Below the pieces are notes generated by a model. The model ran no database searches. It was not told where the DNA came from and worked only from the letters and a program-made list of their open reading frames with translations. DNA of 64,000 nt, from positions 1,792,001 through 1,856,000 of the forward strand of contig OY782781.1 of the NCBI GenBank assembly GCA_963678315.1, in the 5' to 3' direction. The position numbers and the translations under genes were made by a program. The stretch comes from Candidatus Cloacimonadales bacterium (GTDB taxonomy: Bacteria > Cloacimonadota > Cloacimonadia > Cloacimonadales > JAFGVF01). Shown here one piece after another: positions 28,878 through 37,216 of the stretch (position 1 is the stretch's first letter; every line of letters begins with the position of its first letter).

Positions 28878-30491
28878 ATGTATAAATTTTTAATTACTAT
28901 GCTATTTTTTATAAGCTTATTAAGCTGTTTTGCTGAAAATGAAATGCCTATAATGTATACCTTTCAAGGCCCTTGGGAAGGATCAGCCTATGGTAGAGAT
29001 GTAATATCACTTGACTTTAACGCTGATGGAATTGATGACTTTATGACAACAGCTCAAGCAGAAGTAGATAATCTGTATAACGTATATATCCACTATGGCG
29101 GAGAAAACTTCTGTCCTGTTCCAAATGATACTCTTCAAGTAGGTTATGATAATATTTATAGAATAGGTTTGTTTGCTACAGGAGATGTTAATGGTGATGG
29201 TTATGATGACTTTGCAACTTTTGGTAGATACCCTAATCAAGAAATAGAATACACCTACAACTTTTACTACGGTGGCCCCAATCCTGATTTACTTGTAGAT
29301 CACCAATGTAGCTACTATGTCGGACAATCAGACGGATATGACTGGTCTTATCCTAAAATGATCTCATGCCTTGGAGATGTTAATGGTGATGGCTGTGACG
29401 AACAAGCTATCATCTTGGAAAGAGGGTATAACATAGCATCCATTGCTTTACTTAGAGGAGGAAGCTTTGAAATTTTAGAAGTGATACCTAATGAAAACAA
29501 TTTAGGTTCTATAGATATCGATCCACTAGGAGATTTAAACAATGATGGCTATGATGATTTTTCTATAGGTTACTGGATATATCCAGAATATAGTTATACC
29601 TATGTCTATTGGGGCAATCCAGATTTTGATTTTAATCAACATGATAGTATTGCTATCTACAATCATTCTTCAATTTCTTATCATTTTTCAGGAAGTCTTG
29701 GAATTGGAGACTTCAACAATGATGGCTATGATGATTTTATCTATCCTCGTCAAGACAATTTTTCTAATAATGGTTATGGCCTTAAGTTAATGACTAATGA
29801 TTTACATGAAGCCCAAGGTTTTCCACTACAAAGACCTTCTTACCATCCTTGTTATATCTACGATGATGGCTACAATGGGCATTACATCAAACATGGAGAT
29901 TTTAATGGAGATGGTTATAGTGATATTGTTGGAGCAAATCCTTCTGCATATTTAAATGATGGTATCGCTGGAGTTTGGTTAGGAGGTCAAGTCCCTAATG
30001 GCACTTGTGATTTAACTTTAAATGCGATTAGTCAAGCCCCAGACCAATTTGGATATTCTTTAGCAGTAGGTGATTTTGATAATGATGGTTATGATGATAT
30101 TGCAATCTCAGAACCCTTTATGGTTTCAGGATGGGATCAGTTTGGCTTTGTAACTATATTTAGTGGATCCGACCAACTAACTGATACAACAGTGGCTAAT
30201 GACGATACAGAAGAAGTCATAAAAGATTCATTAAAATTAAATTTATATCCAAACCCTGTAAAATCTAATAACTTACAACTTAATTTCGAAATTAAAGGAG
30301 ACATCCCTAAGAATTGTATAACCTCAAAAATGGATATATACAATTTAAAGGGACAGAAAGTACAAAGTAATGATATCAATATCGTTCGCAAATCTGGAAC
30401 TGTAGAACTAGACTCTATAGCTTCAGGAATGTACTTAGCTAAAATTAAAATCAATGATGAGATTATCTCAGCTAAGTTTATTGTTAAATGA
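28878..30491 (+). CDS. Secreted FG-GAP repeat protein, copy 6 (V1 allele C)
   Basis: Same V1 as copy 4 but V2b NENNLGS; ends in TGA rather than TAA. Confidence 0.88.
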   Translation: MYKFLITMLFFISLLSCFAENEMPIMYTFQGPWEGSAYGRDVISLDFNADGIDDFMTTAQAEVDNLYNVYIHYGGENFCPVPNDTLQVGYDNIYRIGLFATGDVNGDGYDDFATFGRYPNQEIEYTYNFYYGGPNPDLLVDHQCSYYVGQSDGYDWSYPKMISCLGDVNGDGCDEQAIILERGYNIASIALLRGGSFEILEVIPNENNLGSIDIDPLGDLNNDGYDDFSIGYWIYPEYSYTYVYWGNPDFDFNQHDSIAIYNHSSISYHFSGSLGIGDFNNDGYDDFIYPRQDNFSNNGYGLKLMTNDLHEAQGFPLQRPSYHPCYIYDDGYNGHYIKHGDFNGDGYSDIVGANPSAYLNDGIAGVWLGGQVPNGTCDLTLNAISQAPDQFGYSLAVGDFDNDGYDDIAISEPFMVSGWDQFGFVTIFSGSDQLTDTTVANDDTEEVIKDSLKLNLYPNPVKSNNLQLNFEIKGDIPKNCITSKMDIYNLKGQKVQSNDINIVRKSGTVELDSIASGMYLAKIKINDEIISAKFIVK

Positions 30492-30520
30492 CGGTAACAC
30501 AGTTGATTATATTCCATCTT

Positions 30521-30613
30521 GAGAGATGTTTTTCCAAAGGTCTCTACATCATTAATAGCCCCCTTGAAAAATTGGCTTTTTTTCAATGAGACCAGTAAGG
30601 GAGGAGTTAGGAG
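30521..30613. repeat. Small cluster of palindromic elements after the array
   Basis: Imperfect AGAGA...TCTCTAC hairpin (30521-30547), TTGAAAAA-ttggctt-TTTTTCAA palindrome (30564-30586) shared with 63195-63217, and GGAGTTAGGAG. Confidence 0.55.
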
Positions 30614-30773
30614 ATGTACTGCTAGTAAAATGGAGTTAGCAACATCAGAGCAGCAAGCTACTAACAATAGCTAAAAACTCATTCAATGACTGATAAAATA
30701 ATGTTTGACAGATTTTGAAAAGGCTAGTTATTATACAAAGTTGTAATTAAGAGATCTGTAATAGGAGGAAAAT

Positions 30774-31580
30774 ATGAAGAAATCAAGTTACCAAGAACAT
30801 ATAGAAAAAAAGATATTGAAACGTCTAGATAATAAAGCACTGGAAGTAACAAAATATATATTTGAAAACGAAGAGATACAAACACTTCAGGATTACTGCA
30901 ATAATGTATCAATTAAACGCTTAGGATTCAATGATCATGGACCAGTTCACATGAGGAAGGCTACATTGAATGCAATAGTTATGTTTAGGCTTCTTAAAAA
31001 GAATGGGATTGAATTTAATCTTGAAAAAGAGTGTTGGGGTAATGAAGAAGATAGTTTAATTGCTGTCATACTTGCTTCATTGTTCCATGATTTCGGGATG
31101 TCAATTGCTAGAGAGAACCATGAACTTATGAGTGTAGAAATTGCTAGACCATATATCCAAAAAATACTAGAGAAATTCTATGAGGAAAGTGATTTAAAGA
31201 AAAAAGTAGCTATTATGTCAATAGCAACTGAAGGTATTTTAGGACACATGGGTACACAGAAGATACATTCCTTAGAGGCTGGACTAGTCTTAATTGGTGA
31301 CGGAACGGATATGGAGAGGGGGAGAGCTAGAATACCAATATTGTTAGCTTCAGCACCTAAACCTGGTGATATTCATAGAACATCTGCAGATGCTATCGAG
31401 AGAGTTCGATTTGAAGAAGGCAAGGAAAAACCTATCGAGATAAAAGTAACTATGAACTCTTCAGTTGGTTTCTTCCAAATTGAAGAAGTACTATTCCCAA
31501 AAATAGCTATTAGTCCGATTAAGAAATACATTGAATTATATGCTGGTGTTGAAGGCGAAGAGTATCTTCAATATTTATAG
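30774..31580 (+). CDS. HD-superfamily phosphohydrolase (MJ1020-like)
   Basis: RLGFNDHGPVH, FHDFGMS, H..., GDGTDM..GRARIP, DIH. Confidence 0.85.
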   Translation: MKKSSYQEHIEKKILKRLDNKALEVTKYIFENEEIQTLQDYCNNVSIKRLGFNDHGPVHMRKATLNAIVMFRLLKKNGIEFNLEKECWGNEEDSLIAVILASLFHDFGMSIARENHELMSVEIARPYIQKILEKFYEESDLKKKVAIMSIATEGILGHMGTQKIHSLEAGLVLIGDGTDMERGRARIPILLASAPKPGDIHRTSADAIERVRFEEGKEKPIEIKVTMNSSVGFFQIEEVLFPKIAISPIKKYIELYAGVEGEEYLQYL

Positions 31581-31595
31581 AGTAGTATAGGAAAG

Positions 31596-33140
31596 ATGAA
31601 AAACTTACTTAGAATAAGACCGATTAAAAAAAGATTCATAATATCTTTGATAATTTCAATTCTTGTTATTGTAGGGATTATTCTATATTTTAGATTTTTT
31701 GACAATACTATTAGTTTTTCCTCACTATGGACAGCATTAACTGTCCTTACTACTTCAGCAATTATATGGGTTTTGATAAATGAACGGAAAAACTATGTTC
31801 ACACATTTGCCTGGATTCTAGTATTAATATTTCTACCACTGGTAGGTATATTTTTCTACTTTGCAGTTGGTAGAAACTTTCGTAAAAATAAACTTTTCTC
31901 TAATAAAGAAATAGCTGATAGACTAGAATTCAAGGCAATCAATAAGTTTCTAGATGTTAACTATCAAGACTACAATTTCATGATTGATAGTCAAAGTAGT
32001 AAAATCATGAAACTGTTATATAACAACAGTAAAGCTTTTCTAAGTCATAATAATAACATAGAATTGTTTCCTGATGGTATTAAGCTGTTTGATAAAATGT
32101 TACTTGATATTAAACAGGCAAAGCACCACATACATTTGGAGTATTTTGGTTTTGCAAATGATGAGACAGGTAAGAGATTCAGAGATGCCCTGATTAAAAA
32201 AGCACAAGAAGGTGTGGAAGTTAGAATCATTGTTGATGATGTAGGTTCATGGAAATTCAGATTTATGTTAGGCAAAATCTTTAAATCGTATGGAGTTAAA
32301 GTATATTACTTCAACAAGGTTAGAATTCCTTTCATGAATAGTAGATTTAACTATAGAAATCATCGTAAAATTATTGTTATAGATGGTAAGATAAGCTACT
32401 TAGGAGGCTTAAATATTGGGAATAAATATGCTTCCAAAGATAAGTATTTTGGTTATTGGAGAGACACGCACATGAGAATTCAAGGAGGGGCTACTCTTGG
32501 CTTGCAAACTGTCTTCTTGACTGACCTATATTTTCTTTCTAAAGAATATCTTTTTAAGGAAGAGTACTTTGATAATAGCTATACTAGTGGTGATATCTCT
32601 ATGCAAGTTGTAACATCAGGTCCAGATTCTGATTGGGAAAGCATTATGCAGTCATATTTTATAGCTATTACAGGTGCAACCCGAAATATTTATATTACTT
32701 CCCCTTATCTTATACTTAATGAAAGCCTGAATATTGCTCTTATTACTGCAGCCCTAAGTGGGATTGATGTTCGCATTATTGTTCCAGGAAAGCCTGATCA
32801 TCTAATTGTATTTTGGGGGTCTAGGTCATATTATCAAGACTTGATAGAAGCAGGTGTGAAGATTTATGAGTATAGCAAAGGATTTATTCATGCAAAGGTT
32901 CTGTCTGTTGATAGCAAACTTGTATCTATTGGTACTGCAAACATGGATATAAGATCGTTTAATCACAACTTTGAGATAAATGGCATAATCTATGATTCAA
33001 TTGTAAGTAGAGAAATTGATAATCAATTCTTCAAAGATATCGAAGATTCCAGGCAAATTACTATTGAAGATATCAATAATATATCAAGGTTCACTAAAGT
33101 AAAGTTAGGTATTTCTAGGTTATTCTCACCTCTACTGTAA
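31596..33140 (+). CDS. cls: Cardiolipin synthase
   Basis: N-terminal TMs/PLDc_N; two HKD motifs (NHRKIIVIDG, HAKVLSVD...GTANMDIRSF). Confidence 0.93.
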   Translation: MKNLLRIRPIKKRFIISLIISILVIVGIILYFRFFDNTISFSSLWTALTVLTTSAIIWVLINERKNYVHTFAWILVLIFLPLVGIFFYFAVGRNFRKNKLFSNKEIADRLEFKAINKFLDVNYQDYNFMIDSQSSKIMKLLYNNSKAFLSHNNNIELFPDGIKLFDKMLLDIKQAKHHIHLEYFGFANDETGKRFRDALIKKAQEGVEVRIIVDDVGSWKFRFMLGKIFKSYGVKVYYFNKVRIPFMNSRFNYRNHRKIIVIDGKISYLGGLNIGNKYASKDKYFGYWRDTHMRIQGGATLGLQTVFLTDLYFLSKEYLFKEEYFDNSYTSGDISMQVVTSGPDSDWESIMQSYFIAITGATRNIYITSPYLILNESLNIALITAALSGIDVRIIVPGKPDHLIVFWGSRSYYQDLIEAGVKIYEYSKGFIHAKVLSVDSKLVSIGTANMDIRSFNHNFEINGIIYDSIVSREIDNQFFKDIEDSRQITIEDINNISRFTKVKLGISRLFSPLL

Positions 33141-33141
33141 C

Positions 33142-33174
33142 AAAAAAAAGAGTAAAGACTTGGTCAATACTCTT
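33142..33174 (-). terminator. Intrinsic terminator on the minus strand, downstream of the small ORF
   Basis: Minus strand reads AAGAGTA-ttGACcaaGTCtt-TACTCTT followed by a T run. Confidence 0.6.
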
Positions 33175-33197
33175 CAAAAACTATAAATAACTATAAT

Positions 33198-33362
33198 CTA
33201 TGCTTCTATTTTAGCAGGATCTATTTTTTTACAAACTTTACATACCATAATAGTTTTATCATCTTTTTTTAATTCGTGTAATAATTTAACACCTGTTCTT
33301 CCACATGAAGGACAAGTTCCACGTTTTTTATCAATATTCTTTCCACGGAAATTCTTTGCCAT
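33198..33362 (-). CDS. Small basic zinc-ribbon-like protein, 54 aa (not in ORF track)
   Basis: MAKNFRGKNIDKKRGTCPSCGRTGVKLLHELKKDDKTIMVCKVCKKIDPAKIEA*; GAGGAG SD upstream, two CxxC pairs, downstream terminator. Confidence 0.85.
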   Translation of the reverse strand: MAKNFRGKNIDKKRGTCPSCGRTGVKLLHELKKDDKTIMVCKVCKKIDPAKIEA

Positions 33363-33541
33363 CTTAGCTCCTCAATTTTTTACGATTTATTAAACAACAA
33401 CTATTTACAAATAAAAATAGTCAAGAAAAAATTAAAACAATATTCATAATTAGTTAAAATAGGGGTAAATCTATAAAAAAAGTTAAAAATAAACTTGCAA
33501 ACTTTTGCAATACAGTAATAATTTTGTATGAGGACAATATC

Positions 33542-36500
33542 ATGAAGAAAATTATACTGATTATAGTGTTATTAGTTGTAATGTTGGCAGCGTTTGGTTT
33601 GGATATATCTTATAAGATACCTTCAGTTTTAGTAATCCAATCATACCACAGTGGTTTTATGTGGTCAGATCAGATTAATAAAGGATTTACAGAGAATCTG
33701 AAAGGAAAAGATCCTAAAATAAGAATAACAACAGAATATTTAGATACAAAAAGATTTAATAGCCCAGAATATTTTGAATCTATCGAAGCTATGTTGATTA
33801 AAAAGTATACAGATTCTGATATTGATGTACTTGTTGTTGTGGATAATAATGCTTTCAACCTTGTAAAAAAACTAAGATATAGTCTATTTGATGATATACC
33901 GATTGTCTTTTGTGGGGTAAACAATTTTCAAGACTATATGATTAACGACATGGTAGATATTACTGGAATAAGTGAAAATATTGATGTTCCTAGTAATATA
34001 AAATTGATTCATCAATTGAATCCTAATGCAAAAAAACTGCTTATAATCAATGATACTTCTGAAACTGGTAACAAAATCCAAGAAGAGTATAATGTGGCGA
34101 TTAGACCATATAAGAATAGTTTTGAGGTAGAATTCATTAGAGATGTTTCCTTTTCTGAACTACTTAGTAAATTAAAAAACCTATCTGATGATTATGTCGT
34201 ATTATATTCTTTGTTCTTAATTGATGGTGATGGAGAACATATTGAATATGATGAGAGTATCGTTAAAGTTGTAGAATCTACCAATGTTCCTGTCTTTATA
34301 ACTTGGGATTTTTCTTTGGGATCTGGAGCTGTTGGAGGTTCTTTAACTAGTGGCTATAAGCAGGGTAATGAAGCTGCAGAGTTAGCTTACAGGATTCTTG
34401 ATGGTGAGTCTGCAGACAATATTGCTATCAGAAAGATTGTTGAACCGGAAATTGTTCTTGATTGGAATGCAATTCAAGAAGCTAATATTGATGTTTCTTT
34501 GTTGGGTGAAGAGGTTAGATATATTAACAAACCTCAGACTTTTATCGAGAAGAATAGAACCTTAATATTCAAATTTAGTTTGGTTATTTTTGTCCTTACT
34601 ATTATAATAATTATTTTAATATTCTTAACCTATAAGAAAATGGTTCTACAAAGAAAACTACAGAGTACCAATAATGATCTAAATGATTTAAAAAGTGGGC
34701 TTGAAGAGGAAGTAGAAAGAAGAACTCTGGAATTATCCAATGAGAGAGATTTTGCTAACAAGATTTTTAATAATGAATATGCAATAGTACTAGTTATTAA
34801 TATGAATGGGAAAGTTATTAGAGTAAACAATTACACTAAACAACTTCTTAATCTTCAAGGATTCGAGGAGAAGGATACTGAATTTTGGACATTGATTGTT
34901 AATAATGAGGCAAAACATGTAATGGAAGACTATTTTCATACAAAGAAAACTGGTTCTATTGGCCCCACAGTTCTTATGAGAAATCAAAAAGGTAGCATAT
35001 ATAGTGTTCAAGGCTCTTTGAATTATACCGAAGATTCAAGTAAAGATGCTTATTTTATTTTTAATGGTGTCAATGTTACTGAAAAAGAGATCTTTTATGA
35101 AAAGCTCAAAAACCAAGAGAGTAAGTTTAGAGCAGTATATGATTATAATGGAATATCTCTAGCAACAATCAGTCATAATGGTATCGTTACAATGGTAAAC
35201 CAACAGTTTGTAGAACAATTTGGATTCACTAAAGAAGAAGTTGAAAATAAAATGAAGTGGAGTGAATTTATTCATCCTTCATCCTTAGATTTGATTAAAA
35301 GTAAACGAAATAGAAGGTTTGATAATAGAGAAAATAGAAATTATGATTCCTATGAAATCAAAGGAACAGATAAAAAAGGAAGAGTACTCGATATAATGCT
35401 AAGTGTTGTTTTAGTGCCATCTACAGGAGATGTGATCGCATCCTTAGCTGATATAACTCATAAGAACAGAGAAGCTTCGCAACAGAAGAAAGAACTTCTT
35501 CTAAGTAAAGCCCAAATGAATCAAAATATAGACTTTATAGCAGACTTCTGTAATGATTTAGTTCATCCAATTGAAAATATTTCTGGAATTAGCTCTATTA
35601 TTTCTCGTCAAATGATTGAATCTGAATATGGAGATATGATTTGCAATATCAATGACTCCGCTCTCCAAATGTTCTATATCATTAAAGAAACTTTAAACTA
35701 TATTGATGGGAATATTAATAAAAACTACTATACTGATATAAGTATAGAAAAAGAAACAATTAAATCTGTAAAAGCAGTAATAGATAGATTGGGTATTAGA
35801 AAAATAAATTACCAGATTGCTGAAAATGTACCTGATAGATTTAGAACTGATAAATTCAAGTATATAAAAATACTACTTATCCTAATAACTAAATTCTATA
35901 AGCCACAAAAGAATGATTCCATAATTGTTGCTATTAATTATAATAAAAACAAGAAGGTTCTTGACTTACTTATTAATTGGACATCTCAATTAGAAACAAA
36001 AGATAGTGATTTGAAAGCTATAAATAATCAAGGAGGTGAACTTAATAATCTACTTGAACTTAATAGATTTAAGTTAAATCTAATAGTTTGTAAGCAGTTG
36101 ATTAAGTCCTTGGGTGGTAATTTTGAGATTGCTTTGAATAATGATAAAAGCCCTTATTACAAATTCTCTATAGCCGAAAGTGAAGAGTTAGTGAATGAAG
36201 AAGTCGCTGAAAGTGTTAGAAACTTCACAACAATAAAAGAACTCTTCAATAGCCTACTTGAAGAAAATGACCTAGCACAAAGTGATGTAGATAATTCTAA
36301 TTATCCTTTAAAAGTTATTATTCTGAACTATTCTGGTGTTTACCATCATGTTGTTAAAAGAATGTTTGAAGTGCTTAATTATGAAGTAGTCACTATTGAA
36401 TATGAAAGAAATATTGAGGAAGTGTTTAGTAGAAACACATTTGACCTTGCTCTAATTGATTCACATCCTAAATTCAATAATTATGATGATTTAAGTAGAA

Positions 36501-36685
36501 TTAGAAAGATGGGGAATAAGATTAATCAACCGTTTATAGTATCACTTAACTCTTTCTTTAACTACAATGATAATGAAATTGATTCTAAGAAGGGTTTGAT
36601 TGATTATCAATATGATGATACACTCAGCTTTGAATCTTTAGCTAAAGTAATTAAGCTTGCTTGGAAGTTCAAGAATAGTAAATAA
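33542..36685 (+). CDS. Membrane sensor: ABC-substrate-binding-like periplasmic domain, TM, two PAS, degenerate HisKA/HATPase, REC-like domain
   Basis: SYHSGFMWS, EYLDTKR, PIVFCGVN, GAVGG periplasmic motifs; PAS-like VNQQF..FG...EE; kinase motifs eroded. Confidence 0.75.
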   Translation: MKKIILIIVLLVVMLAAFGLDISYKIPSVLVIQSYHSGFMWSDQINKGFTENLKGKDPKIRITTEYLDTKRFNSPEYFESIEAMLIKKYTDSDIDVLVVVDNNAFNLVKKLRYSLFDDIPIVFCGVNNFQDYMINDMVDITGISENIDVPSNIKLIHQLNPNAKKLLIINDTSETGNKIQEEYNVAIRPYKNSFEVEFIRDVSFSELLSKLKNLSDDYVVLYSLFLIDGDGEHIEYDESIVKVVESTNVPVFITWDFSLGSGAVGGSLTSGYKQGNEAAELAYRILDGESADNIAIRKIVEPEIVLDWNAIQEANIDVSLLGEEVRYINKPQTFIEKNRTLIFKFSLVIFVLTIIIIILIFLTYKKMVLQRKLQSTNNDLNDLKSGLEEEVERRTLELSNERDFANKIFNNEYAIVLVINMNGKVIRVNNYTKQLLNLQGFEEKDTEFWTLIVNNEAKHVMEDYFHTKKTGSIGPTVLMRNQKGSIYSVQGSLNYTEDSSKDAYFIFNGVNVTEKEIFYEKLKNQESKFRAVYDYNGISLATISHNGIVTMVNQQFVEQFGFTKEEVENKMKWSEFIHPSSLDLIKSKRNRRFDNRENRNYDSYEIKGTDKKGRVLDIMLSVVLVPSTGDVIASLADITHKNREASQQKKELLLSKAQMNQNIDFIADFCNDLVHPIENISGISSIISRQMIESEYGDMICNINDSALQMFYIIKETLNYIDGNINKNYYTDISIEKETIKSVKAVIDRLGIRKINYQIAENVPDRFRTDKFKYIKILLILITKFYKPQKNDSIIVAINYNKNKKVLDLLINWTSQLETKDSDLKAINNQGGELNNLLELNRFKLNLIVCKQLIKSLGGNFEIALNNDKSPYYKFSIAESEELVNEEVAESVRNFTTIKELFNSLLEENDLAQSDVDNSNYPLKVIILNYSGVYHHVVKRMFEVLNYEVVTIEYERNIEEVFSRNTFDLALIDSHPKFNNYDDLSRIRKMGNKINQPFIVSLNSFFNYNDNEIDSKKGLIDYQYDDTLSFESLAKVIKLAWKFKNSK

Positions 36686-36694
36686 GTTTATACA

Positions 36695-36725
36695 AGAAAA
36701 GCTCTTAGACTTAAGAGCTTTTTCT
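36695..36725. terminator. Bidirectional intrinsic terminator
   Basis: AAAAGCTCTTA-gact-TAAGAGCTTTTT between convergent genes. Confidence 0.8.
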
Positions 36726-37209
36726 ATTTCAATGCATATATTAAAGCAGTAGTTAGTTTTAAGATATCAGAGTCTGTTTTCTCGAGAATTGAAGCTAGTT
36801 TCAAGGCTATTTGCATGAGGATATTAGAACCTATATTGGGATAATCCTTTAAAATGCTTGTAAAGTCTTTATGATTTATTGTAAGTAACTCGCAATCTGT
36901 TCTTGCTATTGCTGAAGCAGTTCTAAGCTGCTTTCCAAGAAGTCCTACTTCACCGAAGAAGGGATGCGAATCTCCAGATAATGTGAGTAGGGTCTTTTCT
37001 ATACCATCATCTTCAAGAAGGGTCATTTTCTTTGATATGCTAACATCTCCTGAATACAATATATATAATTCATTGCCTGCACTATCTTCCAAGAAGATTG
37101 TTTCTCCAGCCTTGAACTTGACTTTCTTTAACTTGGTCTCAACCAAACTCAATTCATTATTATCTAAATTAGCAAAGAGTGTTATCTCTTTTAAAAAGTT
37201 GTAATTCAT
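36724..37209 (-). CDS. Stand-alone cyclic-nucleotide-binding domain protein
   Basis: LF..L, GETIF.E, LYILYSG.V, FFGEVGLL...RTASAIA; no HTH; GAGG SD. Confidence 0.85.
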   Translation of the reverse strand: MNYNFLKEITLFANLDNNELSLVETKLKKVKFKAGETIFLEDSAGNELYILYSGDVSISKKMTLLEDDGIEKTLLTLSGDSHPFFGEVGLLGKQLRTASAIARTDCELLTINHKDFTSILKDYPNIGSNILMQIALKLASILEKTDSDILKLTTALIYALK

Positions 37210-37216
37210 AGCTTCC

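Larger units (their letters stand above)
20693..30491 (+). repeat. Six-unit tandem gene array, period 1633-1636 bp
   Basis: Start codons at 20704, 22339, 23975, 25610, 27243, 28878; 18-19-bp linkers containing AAGGAG. Confidence 0.97.

Noticed and set aside
20704..30491. Diversity-generating retroelement as the source of array variation
   Set aside because: No RT or Avd gene in the window. Differences include C/T and G/A changes and a codon indel rather than adenine-only substitutions, and variation is mostly N-terminal and block-wise.
21177..30667. Recurring short antisense and alternate-frame ORFs inside the array (62-176 aa)
   Set aside because: They recur only because the host genes are repeated, and their lengths change with synonymous SNPs, as expected for shadow ORFs.
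22310..30700. Integron cassette array (GTTAAAT at each gene end; GTTAGCA and ACTAAC near 30635-30667)
   Set aside because: Linkers of 18-19 bp cannot hold an attC, no paired R''/L''/L'/R' structure could be built, and no integrase is present. GTTAAAT simply encodes the terminal V-K-stop.
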